In this document: positions 9,464-18,931 of the stretch, in pieces | How the letters are laid out: each line of letters starts with the position of its first letter | Position numbering within the stretch: position 1 is the stretch's first letter | Virus record (IMG/VR): IMGVR_UViG_3300046512_000087 | Location: 29,404 to 93,403 of that record | Origin: a virus | Length of the DNA stretch: 64,000 nt | Strand: one strand, 5' to 3' | Made by a program: the position numbers and the translations under genes | Notes under the pieces: model-generated | What the model saw: only the letters and a program-made list of their open reading frames with translations | Database searches by the model: none | Told to the model about the DNA's origin: nothing

Positions 9464-11831
9464 GTTTGAGGTCCTTTAGGTCTGCCATTGAGGGGCCGAT
9501 TTTGCAGTCGGTCACGAACTTCAGCTGCGGGTTCCAGCCCACCTTCTCAAACGGCAGGTTCTCCATCTGATCCTTCTCGCGCTGGGCATAGAACTCGGCG
9601 TTGTCTTCAGGGATGTAGCGATACCCTGCGTCATGGACAAGACCAAAGCACGGGGCGTCCAAGTGGTAGCCCTTTTCCTTACCCTCAGCGATAGCCCAGA
9701 TCATCATGTCGGACAGCGTGCCCTGCACAGGGCTGTTGATGGCCCGGCGCTCTTCCTGGGAGCGGATATCCGACATCTTGCTGTTGATCAACGGCAGGTG
9801 GCGCACACGGCCCAGGGGCGAACGGACAAAGCCGTACTTCTTGGCGTGGGCCTTGTATTCCTTGTGGTACTCGGGCAATGCCGGGTAGGTCTCAAAGAAA
9901 CCATTACGAAAGGACTCAGATTCGTGGTTGGACAGGTTCACGTTGTAGCTGGTCTTGGCGAAGATCTGGAAGCCAGTGGCGCCCATGCCGTAAATCAGAC
10001 CGAAGTTACCTGACTTGCCGATTTGCCGGATGGCCGAGAACTTGTCCGGGTCTGTCAGCTTGAAGCCCATGATCTCTTCGACCGTGTAGCCCACGAACTT
10101 CGACGGAGTGATGACGTGCAGGTCCAGGTTGTCCCGGTAAACCTGAATCATGGTGGGCTCGTTGGCGATACAGGCGATTACCCTCAGTTCACCCTGGCTG
10201 TAGTCGTTCTCCATTACCAGCATGCCATCCGGGGCTACAAACACCTTGCGCAGCCGCTTAGCCCATTTCGTGTGCTTAGGGATAGTCTGGAACGCCGGGT
10301 CTTTGCAAGACAGACGCCCGGTGTTCGTGCCACCCTCGCCCTCGTCCTTGTTGCCAGCAAAGAGGAAGTAGGTGGGGTGGAACCTGCCGTCACTCCTGAT
10401 GTGCTTACGGAAGCCATGTACGTACGTGCCCAGCGTCTTGGTTGCCGTAGAGAAGTCGGACAGCAGGCCCACGAACGGTGCCGCGTCTTCATTGTCGGCA
10501 AACATCATCAGGTGTTCCATGGCCGACGAGATACCACCCTTGGGCGCATACATCTTCGGCGTCAGGTTCAGCCCCATGGGAGAGAACATGAAGTCGATCA
10601 GCAGGCTGGCTTTCGTCAGGTTCAGGCCACCACGCTTACTGAGGTCCTGGTGCTTGGCAACGATCCTGCCGCCCATGATCTTCTTGGCCTTGTGGATCAG
10701 CTGGTCAATCTCTTCATTCAGCTCCCCCTCCAGCTTGTTGTACTCGTTCAGGTCCACACAGACCCCGCCCTGCTCAATGAACTCCATTGCCCTGGCGGCG
10801 GGGTGGAGGATGTTGATGTAGAACCGGGTTAACGCTGGATCGGCTAGCAGGTCCTTCTTCTGCTCAATGGACACCCGGAGAGTGGCGTCACCATCACCAC
10901 AGGCGTAGGGCAGCAGGGTTTCTTTGGGGATCAGGTCCATACGGCCCTTGTCCACCGACGAGTTGAACACATCGTCATAGCCACCCATCGTCGTGTAGAT
11001 CTTGGCATGGACGTTCAGAGAGTTGCTGCGGTTCTCGTCAAGGATGGAGCCCACCAGGGTGGTATCGAACAGGAAGTTCGTACACTGGATGCCGGTATGC
11101 ACGTACAGCCAGTTCAGGTCGAACTTCAGGTTAGCGCCGCGCAGGGAGATCTTTTCCGACGTCAACAGCTCATGCAGCTGTACTACGAACTCAAGGTCCG
11201 TATTCAACCTGTAGGCCAGCTCTGCCCGGCTCTCAAAGTAAATGGCGTCACCCGTGCCTACCTGTGAGCTGGCCTGGATGGTAACGATGTAGGCGCCGGG
11301 GTGCGATCCATCAGCGGCGGGCTCGCGGTAAGGGTCGAAGCCAATGGTCTCCAGGTCCAGGGCCACGTCTACCCGTTTGCCGCCATTGGCCTTGAACTTG
11401 GCCCTGACATCGGCCAGCAGGTTGGTGAAGTGCTCCACGTAGTTGTACTTGCCAATCTCAGGCTGTACCACTCCGGTGTTGTGGACCCGGATAGCCAGAT
11501 TCACATCGCACAACAGGTCTACGTATTTGCCGTAATCCACCTCGCTGATGCCTGAGGAATAAGACGACAAAACCGGAGCACTGAGCCCCGGTACGGTAAT
11601 AGCGTTGTTGCGCAGGCTTGTGATCGTCCTGTTCTTGGGTAGCACCTTCATGTTTTGGAGGTAGGTGATGGGGTCATTACCCAACGTGAGAACAGCCTTC
11701 AGGTCAGGACGATCCGGGAGATACGCGAAGTTGTTGCAGATCTCGTACTCCAGGTCCGGGTACTGCTTCAACCGCCCACCGATTGCTGACAGCACCCGTG
11801 CAGCCGGGTCTTTAGTCCAGATTAAAAGCAT
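9456..11831 (-). CDS. polA: family A DNA polymerase with 3'-5' exonuclease and N-terminal UDG-like domain
   Basis: DLET (ExoI), TGRLS, DYSQGELR (motif A), RQIGKSGNFGLIYG (motif B), VHD (motif C). Confidence 0.95.
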   Translation of the reverse strand: MLLIWTKDPAARVLSAIGGRLKQYPDLEYEICNNFAYLPDRPDLKAVLTLGNDPITYLQNMKVLPKNRTITSLRNNAITVPGLSAPVLSSYSSGISEVDYGKYVDLLCDVNLAIRVHNTGVVQPEIGKYNYVEHFTNLLADVRAKFKANGGKRVDVALDLETIGFDPYREPAADGSHPGAYIVTIQASSQVGTGDAIYFESRAELAYRLNTDLEFVVQLHELLTSEKISLRGANLKFDLNWLYVHTGIQCTNFLFDTTLVGSILDENRSNSLNVHAKIYTTMGGYDDVFNSSVDKGRMDLIPKETLLPYACGDGDATLRVSIEQKKDLLADPALTRFYINILHPAARAMEFIEQGGVCVDLNEYNKLEGELNEEIDQLIHKAKKIMGGRIVAKHQDLSKRGGLNLTKASLLIDFMFSPMGLNLTPKMYAPKGGISSAMEHLMMFADNEDAAPFVGLLSDFSTATKTLGTYVHGFRKHIRSDGRFHPTYFLFAGNKDEGEGGTNTGRLSCKDPAFQTIPKHTKWAKRLRKVFVAPDGMLVMENDYSQGELRVIACIANEPTMIQVYRDNLDLHVITPSKFVGYTVEEIMGFKLTDPDKFSAIRQIGKSGNFGLIYGMGATGFQIFAKTSYNVNLSNHESESFRNGFFETYPALPEYHKEYKAHAKKYGFVRSPLGRVRHLPLINSKMSDIRSQEERRAINSPVQGTLSDMMIWAIAEGKEKGYHLDAPCFGLVHDAGYRYIPEDNAEFYAQREKDQMENLPFEKVGWNPQLKFVTDCKIGPSMADLKDLKLA

Positions 11832-12222
11832 TGATTGGTTTCCACTTCGAAGAAGGTTTATCGAACTTCAGGAACTTTACCGCAGCCTTGGTCACTGCCT
11901 CGAAAACTTTCTTCGGGCTGCCTGGGACCACGCCATCTTTCAGACCATCAACCTTGGTGCCGTCGAACAGGATAGCGTTTACGTTGTAGCCCTGGTTGGT
12001 CACGCAGAGGTACAGGTGCAGGTTCTTGCGCAGCTTCATGGTGGCCGACACGCACTCCGAGGTGAAGTTAACGGAGTGGATAGGCCCGCCAAAGTTCACT
12101 GACCAGTCACCCAGCTTCATCTCCTTGGACATTGCCCCGGTGAAGCCTCGGTCAGTAAGGGTCAAGCGGGCACCCAGGATATCAGCCACGGGGTACAGCA
12201 TAGAGTCCATATGATGGCTCAT
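11812..12222 (-). CDS. hypothetical protein
   Basis: 136 aa; overlaps neighbours in the operon. Confidence 0.6.
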   Translation of the reverse strand: MSHHMDSMLYPVADILGARLTLTDRGFTGAMSKEMKLGDWSVNFGGPIHSVNFTSECVSATMKLRKNLHLYLCVTNQGYNVNAILFDGTKVDGLKDGVVPGSPKKVFEAVTKAAVKFLKFDKPSSKWKPINAFNLD

Positions 12223-12410
12223 TGGATCACCTTAACAGTAGTGGTTTCGGTCAGGAGTACAAGCTCACTGCCTTGCACCAGGGGTTCAAAGGGTAGGTTG
12301 TCCGTCAGGGCGCCGACATTGGCATGCAGGACCTTGGCGGCATCGGAGGTGGTCATGCCTTCTGGCAACCCTACCTCAATCACCCGAGTAATGATGACCT
12401 TCAGCTTCAT
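12219..12410 (-). CDS. hypothetical protein
   Basis: 63 aa with ATGA overlaps. Confidence 0.55.
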   Translation of the reverse strand: MKLKVIITRVIEVGLPEGMTTSDAAKVLHANVGALTDNLPFEPLVQGSELVLLTETTTVKVIQ

Positions 12411-12643
12411 ACCTGCTCCAGAACAAGGTTCTTGCCTTGGACACTTGCGGACACGTCACCGATGGACACGCCCATCCAGTAGCAGGCCAGGGTCCAGTTG
12501 TCGTCTTCATGTTCAACCACAAAGGCCTGGACTTCTTCCCCGGCCAGCGCTGGGATTGGGGATGGAAGGTTGAAGGCGGCGCCAACGGGCGTGTCGATCA
12601 GGAGCTGCAACAGCTTCACAGCTGCCGGGGAATTAATTTTCAA
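12407..12643 (-). CDS. hypothetical protein
   Basis: 78 aa, operon packing. Confidence 0.55.
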   Translation of the reverse strand: MKINSPAAVKLLQLLIDTPVGAAFNLPSPIPALAGEEVQAFVVEHEDDNWTLACYWMGVSIGDVSASVQGKNLVLEQV

Positions 12644-13496
12644 GTTGGGCTTCCTTCAGGTTCTTGGCCTGCTGGTCAAAGCTGATACCGAGGTCCATCA
12701 ACACCGCGCCAATCACTCGGGGCGATGGGATGCCAGTGCAATCCAGATGAACCGACCAGTAACCGTTGTCAGTGAGACTGGCTGTCTCCGAGAAGCCCAG
12801 AGCCTTCAACTTACCCTTCTCGAAAGCGTTGGGTACGCCTTCAGCTCGCAAGGACACCTCGGAACCGTTGATTCGGGCAGCCACTTTCAGGCGCTGGGAG
12901 ATAGCTACAGCCCGGTAGATAGAACCTGGACTGGTGCCCCGAGTCATCTGGCCGACCACTGAGGCTGTGCGCAGCTGCACAACGTCTTTGAGGTTTACCT
13001 TCTTGGGCCCGGCGTCAAACATAGAGGGAACTGGGGCTGGGCCAATCACTGGCTTGGACGGGCCGAACTCGTTGCTGTAGTCGATTCCCGTTACCTTGGT
13101 CTTGAGATCTTCACCCACCAGTTTTGCAATTGATTGCACAGTCTCGGCAGATGCCTCGGTGACTTCAGGTTTCACCTTGGGCTTTACCAAAGCGTCAGGG
13201 TCATAGGTCAGGACGGCATTACCCTGGAGCCACTGATCAGCGCAGTCAGCCAGCAGCTTCTGCACCAATTTTGCTGAGATAATGAAAGTGGCTTCTGGCG
13301 CGTTTCCCTTTAACAGCGAGCTGGTGGAGACCGAAGTGTTGATCTTCATCACCGAGCCGTTGTTGTTCATCGACACGGAGTAGAAGCCAATCTCCGCTTT
13401 AATCCCAGCACTCACCAGGGCCTTATAAGTCACCGAGTGATCAGGGGCCATCTTCTCGAAAAAATCTACAGGATTCATACTTAACTTGATCCCCAT
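12633..13496 (-). CDS. hypothetical protein
   Basis: 287 aa behind a promoter and CAATGGAGT RBS. Confidence 0.75.
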   Translation of the reverse strand: MGIKLSMNPVDFFEKMAPDHSVTYKALVSAGIKAEIGFYSVSMNNNGSVMKINTSVSTSSLLKGNAPEATFIISAKLVQKLLADCADQWLQGNAVLTYDPDALVKPKVKPEVTEASAETVQSIAKLVGEDLKTKVTGIDYSNEFGPSKPVIGPAPVPSMFDAGPKKVNLKDVVQLRTASVVGQMTRGTSPGSIYRAVAISQRLKVAARINGSEVSLRAEGVPNAFEKGKLKALGFSETASLTDNGYWSVHLDCTGIPSPRVIGAVLMDLGISFDQQAKNLKEAQLEN

Positions 13497-13530
13497 GTGG
13501 GCTCACTCCATTGGTTTATCCTACCCGTGT

Positions 13531-13559
13531 ATTCTCGCTTTATTTGGTAGGTTTGTCAA
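13531..13559 (-). promoter_or_regulatory. sigma70-like promoter
   Basis: TTGACA-17bp-GAGAAT. Confidence 0.65.
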
Positions 13560-13566
13560 ATAGGAG

Positions 13567-14262
13567 TCAGGGTTTAACAGCCCAGATAGTCATTTTAGAG
13601 GCTACTGGGTCGATGGTTTTTACACCAGAAGGCTTGCCGGAGAAGCCAGTCCCGAGAGCCGACGTGCTCTTAGGCTTCGAGTGGGTGCTCGGGGAGATCG
13701 TGGTCTTGGGCCAGGACGTCGTAGCATAGGCCTTGCTGCCCTCTACCTTCGTGATCCCGAAGTGCTTGTTCAGGAACTCGATCTGGTCATGGGTTTCCAC
13801 GGCCTTCTTGCAGTAGTGCTTACGGACGTAAGTGATGCTGTCCAACTCGCCGGTCATGAACGTAACCAGCGCCGCCAGGAAGGTTCCGGTGCGGCCATGG
13901 CCACCAATGCAGCCTGCATGCAGTTTCTTTCCTGCCTGGATCTGCCCAGCGGCCCAACCCACCAGCTGCTTGAACTCAGCGGCATTTGACGGCGCGTGCA
14001 TGTCCTTGATCTGGAAATACACTTCTTCCGAGGTCTTGGCCCAGGGCCAGTGACCCTTGCTGAACGACATGCTGTAGTCGAAGCCAATGTAGATGTCGGC
14101 ATCCAAAACAACCGGGCTGGAACAGCTGCCACCGAAGACTTCGAACTCACCAATCTTCAGGCCAGGGTGAGTGCTGTAGCACTTTGCAAAGCCTGTGGGT
14201 TTACCACCTGAGGGGCTGCCGCTGGAGAACCCCAGCAAATCGTCATAATGTTTCAAGTTCAC
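13567..14262 (-). CDS. protein-tyrosine/dual-specificity phosphatase family protein
   Basis: HAGCIGGHGRTG (CX5R) and AVET..Q motifs. Confidence 0.85.
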   Translation of the reverse strand: MNLKHYDDLLGFSSGSPSGGKPTGFAKCYSTHPGLKIGEFEVFGGSCSSPVVLDADIYIGFDYSMSFSKGHWPWAKTSEEVYFQIKDMHAPSNAAEFKQLVGWAAGQIQAGKKLHAGCIGGHGRTGTFLAALVTFMTGELDSITYVRKHYCKKAVETHDQIEFLNKHFGITKVEGSKAYATTSWPKTTISPSTHSKPKSTSALGTGFSGKPSGVKTIDPVASKMTIWAVKP

Positions 14263-15320
14263 ACTCCATTGGTTTCAAGTTTTTTCTTGCGGATGAAAAT
14301 CTTGGCTTGTTTCCCTGGCATGACCGGGAAGGCCCCAGTGACAAGAAAGCCGGACTTCGTTTTTTCTGGCTCTGGCGGTTTCGGCGGAAACTTGGACTGC
14401 TGTTCCTTGATCTTCGAGTCGTAGTTGTGAAGAGCGCCAAGGTCTTTCACCTGCTGCCAGTTCACTTCCGAACCAAACAGATGCGGTTTCAGCTTGTTCA
14501 CCACATCCAGGCAGTAAAACACATCCTGAGAACAAGCAACTGGGCACTCTGAGTTCAGGATCATTTCCGGGATCTGACCAGAGCGCTGTACATCCAGGAT
14601 CGTGTACAGGCCCTGCCCAAAATGTTCGTACAGCATGCCCTTGTTGAACATCGGGCCATTGTTGTGGGCCAGGGTGTACGAAGTGTCCAGCATCACTTCC
14701 ATGCTGGTCTTCCCATGCAGCATATGCTCCAGGGTCTGAGAGATCAGGCCCCAGGGCTTGCCGCCGTAGCCACCACCAAACTTTCCGTTGTTGAACATAT
14801 AGGTGATGCCAGACGACAGGACGCCAATGCTGGTCTCCATATTAGATTCAACAAAGGCATTGGCCGCTGCATCAGAGCCCTTCCCCCGGATTTCCCGGTT
14901 GAAGTCAAAGGTCTCCATACCGTACAGCTCTTTGTACTTGGCCCAGAATGCATCCGTGCTGTGGTCATGGATATGCCGGGACTCACGCACGGTGATCAGA
15001 ATCATGTAGAACAACATCCGAGTACCCTGGCGCTCCAGAACCTGATGGTAAATCTGGGCCACCTTGGCAGCCCATTCAGGAAGTGGTTCGTTCGGCGTGA
15101 ACTCGGCTTTCACAACAGCCATCAAATGGTTCATGGCGTAGAAGTCTAGGGCTTCCCTTTCAGGTACGGCTTTATTCAGCCCGCCCTTCTCGACTTTACC
15201 TTTCCAGAACTCTTTGCAATTGATTGCAAGAACCTTTGATGGCGTGGACATCAGCTTGACGGGTCGGATGTACGGTGACTCCGAATACCAGCTCAAAGTC
15301 TGCGATTTGCCGTGTAACAT
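14259..15320 (-). CDS. conserved-looking hypothetical protein between two phosphatases
   Basis: 353 aa; RESRH, GGGYGGKPW, AHNNGPMFNK segments; own promoter and RBS. Confidence 0.75.
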   Translation of the reverse strand: MLHGKSQTLSWYSESPYIRPVKLMSTPSKVLAINCKEFWKGKVEKGGLNKAVPEREALDFYAMNHLMAVVKAEFTPNEPLPEWAAKVAQIYHQVLERQGTRMLFYMILITVRESRHIHDHSTDAFWAKYKELYGMETFDFNREIRGKGSDAAANAFVESNMETSIGVLSSGITYMFNNGKFGGGYGGKPWGLISQTLEHMLHGKTSMEVMLDTSYTLAHNNGPMFNKGMLYEHFGQGLYTILDVQRSGQIPEMILNSECPVACSQDVFYCLDVVNKLKPHLFGSEVNWQQVKDLGALHNYDSKIKEQQSKFPPKPPEPEKTKSGFLVTGAFPVMPGKQAKIFIRKKKLETNGV

Positions 15321-15352
15321 GGCTCACTCCATTGGATTTGTTTCTTAGGCGT

Positions 15353-15380
15353 ATCTTACCAAATTTGGTCAGTTTGTCAA
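15353..15380 (-). promoter_or_regulatory. sigma70-like promoter
   Basis: TTGACA-16bp-TAAGAT. Confidence 0.7.
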
Positions 15381-15845
15381 AGATTTACGCCAAAAGAACA
15401 GCCACGCCCACCGGCGTTTTGCCGCAATACGATCAAGGATCACATCCTGGATCTTGAACTCCATGACGAACTTGTACTGGTCTGCCGTCTCCACGGCGTG
15501 GGGGTAGTAGTTGGCGCGCACGTACTCCACGGGGTTCTCCACCCCGAATGCCCGAGCCAGGACAGCCAGGAACAGCCCGGTGCGGCCTCTGCCTGCCATG
15601 CAGCCTACGTATACAGGCTTGCCAGCCAGGATGAAGTCAACAGCCTCACGCAGGCCACGGGACAAATCCACCGGATCAGGGACACTGAAGTCCCGAGTGG
15701 GGATGTTGATCGAGCACGGGAGGTTGATCTCCTTGGCCATCTTGACGAATTCCATTTCCGGGTAATCGCGGGCCTCATGGCTCGGGCCACCGGTCAGGGT
15801 GAAGTATTGTTTCGAGTTCAGCGGGATTTGCAATTGACCAAGCAT
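15369..15845 (-). CDS. dual-specificity (CX5R) phosphatase
   Basis: DFSVP general-acid loop, VGCMAGRGRTG, AVET..Q. Confidence 0.85.
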   Translation of the reverse strand: MLGQLQIPLNSKQYFTLTGGPSHEARDYPEMEFVKMAKEINLPCSINIPTRDFSVPDPVDLSRGLREAVDFILAGKPVYVGCMAGRGRTGLFLAVLARAFGVENPVEYVRANYYPHAVETADQYKFVMEFKIQDVILDRIAAKRRWAWLFFWRKSLTN

Positions 15846-15873
15846 GTGTCACTCCATTGTTTCAAACGGGACT

Positions 15874-16176
15874 TCAGGAATATTCGACTTTGACCTCTCC
15901 GGCCCAGCCACATTTTGCACAACTCAGACCTAAGCAGTCTGGGCATTCTTCATGCACCGTCAGAGCCTGGGAGCCCTTTCGGTATACAACAACGTCGTCC
16001 AGCTGGCTCATGCGGGAAACCCGGTCGCCCTTTACCTCGAAGATCCAGCCGTGGAATCTCCGGTTGCCACGCTCATGAGTCAGGACAGCAGCCTTCTTCA
16101 CCATATCGCTCACGTCTTCAACCTTCAGGCTTAGGGACAGGCAGACATGGGTTACCTGGGGGCTGAATTCAAGCAT
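15874..16176 (-). CDS. hypothetical protein with C-terminal Cys cluster
   Basis: Start placed at ATG 16176; CPDC..CAKC. Confidence 0.6.
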   Translation of the reverse strand: MLEFSPQVTHVCLSLSLKVEDVSDMVKKAAVLTHERGNRRFHGWIFEVKGDRVSRMSQLDDVVVYRKGSQALTVHEECPDCLGLSCAKCGWAGEVKVEYS

Positions 16177-16441
16177 GACGGCCTGCCCGGTCAATCTGGA
16201 TGCTCCTGGGAGCTTCGATAGCGAGGCGGCTGGTCCGGTGACCCCTGGTAGGGGAAGACACACCGCAACTGATGAAGACGTCAGGCAGGACCTCCTGGCG
16301 CTCTTGATCGTTGATGGTGTATTCGGCGTCAGCGTTGATCTGGATCTTGATCTTCGTGCCGTCTTCGATGTCCAGGACATGAAGGGCATTAGTGCCGATG
16401 GTGATCATGCTACCTACGGATACGCCAAGTGAAAGTGCCAT
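16169..16441 (-). CDS. CsrA/RsmA-like RNA-binding protein (divergent)
   Basis: N-terminal LSL...ITIG and C-terminal RLAIEAPRSIQIDR match the CsrA pattern, with an internal insertion. Confidence 0.6.
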   Translation of the reverse strand: MALSLGVSVGSMITIGTNALHVLDIEDGTKIKIQINADAEYTINDQERQEVLPDVFISCGVSSPTRGHRTSRLAIEAPRSIQIDRAGRHA

Positions 16442-16445
16442 GATT

Positions 16446-16859
16446 CTATACTCCTAATAGACCCTTAGCCGCTGATGTCAGGTTCCAGGTACTGCCACCC
16501 TGAACTCCGCGCCTGGACTCCGGTGCTTCCACCAGACCCTTCGCTCTCAGGATTGTCAGGTAACTGGACACATCCGAAACAGAAAATATGTTTCCAAGAT
16601 CCGCCAGGGTCTGAGTGACCTCGGCAGAACTCGCAATTTCCAACGCTGTGAGAACCTTCAGGGTGTTCCACAGCTTCGTGTCTCTCTTGGGTAACTTGAT
16701 GTCCTCGCGGGTGTCCGTGCGCAGGATCTTCATGTTTTCCAACTGTGTGTACACCACTTTCTGGAATCCACACATACACTGAAGGGTCAAATCCACTCCA
16801 TTGCTTGTGGTGTACCGCGCGTTTGGCGACCCACACTTTGGACACTCCGTTCTGACCAT
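16446..16859 (-). CDS. Zn-ribbon + winged-helix DNA-binding protein
   Basis: CPKC...CMC; VSSYLTILRAKGLVE...GGSTW. Confidence 0.7.
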   Translation of the reverse strand: MVRTECPKCGSPNARYTTSNGVDLTLQCMCGFQKVVYTQLENMKILRTDTREDIKLPKRDTKLWNTLKVLTALEIASSAEVTQTLADLGNIFSVSDVSSYLTILRAKGLVEAPESRRGVQGGSTWNLTSAAKGLLGV

Positions 16860-16898
16860 GTGCTTTCTGCCGGTTAGATATTTCCGGCATTATAGGCA

Positions 16899-18866
16899 TC
16901 ATGCCAGCAACTCAGCAATCAGCTGGCGCTCGGTAATGTAGCCATGTTCAGTCACTACCCCGAAGCTCACGATCTTGATCCCCTGGCTTAGCTTCCATTC
17001 CAGCACCTTAGTCACGGCTTCTGTCGGTTTACCCGTCCAGACCACATCCTGTTCTGCCATTACCAGCTGCTCAAGATCTTTGGCGGAGGCCACGGTTTTG
17101 AGTTTGGTTTTCCATGGGGTCAGCACCCTTAGCTTTTTCTTTTGGTCTTCAGTGAGGCTGGACTCCAACATTTCAATCAGGGCTATATCCTTGGACTTGT
17201 CGTGATCCTCCGAGCGGAAGGGAGCAAAGAACTGCTGTTCCTCATGCCCAAGGGCTCTCGACAAGTCCAGGGTCAGGTCGAAGCTCTCATTGAGGGCCTT
17301 CTTCACGTAGTCCACGGCTTCGAGTACCGGCATGAACAGCAGCTCTGGCATCCGCAACAGCACCCCGTTGGTGACCAGCTTGTGTTCACGGGTGATCTCG
17401 TTGCAATTGATTGCAGCCCACATCATGGCCTTGAACTGCTGGATGTACGGGTCGGCACTGCCGTCAATAACGGGTACTTCGTGCATCCATACCCTGCCGG
17501 TGGCTCCATCAATGGAGACGGTGTTGCCCTCGACAAAGAAGCTGATGTCGGCACCGAGCCCAACCACACAAGGCTTGTTCATGCCCCTGGCAACTACCGC
17601 TGCGTGGGAGGTGGCGCCGCCAGTCATGGTCAGCACACCCTTGGCAGCATTCATTCCCCCAATGTCATCCGGGGTAGTTTCAGCGGTCACCAAGATGCAC
17701 GGGGTTTTGCAATTGATTGCAGCTTTCGATGAGGTGACGATCACTCCGCTTACAACACCAGAACAGGCGGGAATTCCCACGTAATCAGCCACGTTCAGGT
17801 AGTTAGGGTCCAGGATCGCCATCTGAGCCGTGTCGAACTGCTTGGCTGTAACCCGCTTCAGCGCCGCCTTGTAGGTCAGGGAGTAATCCTGGCACAGATC
17901 CAAGGCCAGTCTCACCGCCGCCCTGGCGCTACGCTTGGCATTCCGGGTTTGCAGGATGTAGAGCTGGCCGGACTGTACAGTGAATTCAACATCCTGCACG
18001 TCCTTGCGCTGCTCTTCCAGCTGGGCCACGGTATGCATCAACTGGTGGTACGCCTGAGGGTTCCAGGCTTCCATTTGCTGCAACGGGTCTGGGGTGCGGA
18101 TGCCAGCCACCACGTCCTCGCCTTGAGCCTTGATCAGGTACTCACCCAGGATATACGGCTCGCCGCTGTCAGGGTTACGGGTGAACAGGACACCAGTGCA
18201 GGACTTGTCATCCATGTTGCCGAAGACCATGGCCTGGACTGTCACGGCTGTGCCCCACTCTTCAGGGATGCCATTCAGGTCCCGGTAGATCTTGGCCCGA
18301 GGATTCTGCCAGCTTTCGAACACTGCCTTGATAGAGCCCAGGATCTGTTCCTCGGCATCCGGGAATTCTTCCTCGGCGTGTGCTTCGTACAGGTCCGACC
18401 GTTTATTCAGGTCCAGGCCTTCGAAGTGTTCACGGGGAATACCGGCCACTACACTGCCGTACATTTCAATCAACCGACAGGCGCTGTCGTTGGTGCATTC
18501 CTCGCCAATGCGCTTGGACCATTCTTCATAAGTGCCGGTGTCCAGACCCACGTTCAGGATCGTATCCATCATCCCGGGACAACTCACGCGAGCCCCCGAG
18601 CGCACCGACACCAGAGGCATGTAGCCAAAGTGCTTCTGGAGAGCCTTCAGATAAGGCTTGATCTCCTTCCGCACTTTAGTCATGAACTTGTCGGGGTTTT
18701 TGCAGAACTCTGCGTAGTTGGTCGTCGGGATCACGAAGCCAGGAGGAATGGGCAGACCTTCTTGGGTCATCTTCACCAACCCGGCGCCTTTACCCCCCAG
18801 GACCTCTACCGATTCTTCTTCAACGCTGTAGCCTTTGAGACCAAAAGCCTGGATATTTAAAGACAT
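16899..18866 (-). CDS. pyruvate phosphate dikinase-like protein (ATP-grasp + His swivel domains, non-canonical C-terminus)
   Basis: LGGKGAGL, LVSVRSGA..PGMMDTILNVG, TGVLFTRNP, AQGEDVVAG, LQTR, GGATSHAAVVARG; 655 aa, shorter than canonical PPDK. Confidence 0.9.
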   Translation of the reverse strand: MSLNIQAFGLKGYSVEEESVEVLGGKGAGLVKMTQEGLPIPPGFVIPTTNYAEFCKNPDKFMTKVRKEIKPYLKALQKHFGYMPLVSVRSGARVSCPGMMDTILNVGLDTGTYEEWSKRIGEECTNDSACRLIEMYGSVVAGIPREHFEGLDLNKRSDLYEAHAEEEFPDAEEQILGSIKAVFESWQNPRAKIYRDLNGIPEEWGTAVTVQAMVFGNMDDKSCTGVLFTRNPDSGEPYILGEYLIKAQGEDVVAGIRTPDPLQQMEAWNPQAYHQLMHTVAQLEEQRKDVQDVEFTVQSGQLYILQTRNAKRSARAAVRLALDLCQDYSLTYKAALKRVTAKQFDTAQMAILDPNYLNVADYVGIPACSGVVSGVIVTSSKAAINCKTPCILVTAETTPDDIGGMNAAKGVLTMTGGATSHAAVVARGMNKPCVVGLGADISFFVEGNTVSIDGATGRVWMHEVPVIDGSADPYIQQFKAMMWAAINCNEITREHKLVTNGVLLRMPELLFMPVLEAVDYVKKALNESFDLTLDLSRALGHEEQQFFAPFRSEDHDKSKDIALIEMLESSLTEDQKKKLRVLTPWKTKLKTVASAKDLEQLVMAEQDVVWTGKPTEAVTKVLEWKLSQGIKIVSFGVVTEHGYITERQLIAELLA

Positions 18867-18899
18867 TTACCGCACTCCATTGGGTTTTTCCTTACCCGT

Positions 18900-18927
18900 A
18901 TGATCTCATATTTACAGGGTTTGTCAA
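18900..18927 (-). promoter_or_regulatory. sigma70-like promoter
   Basis: TTGACA-16bp-GATCAT; CAATGGAGT RBS downstream. Confidence 0.55.
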
Positions 18928-18931
18928 ATGA

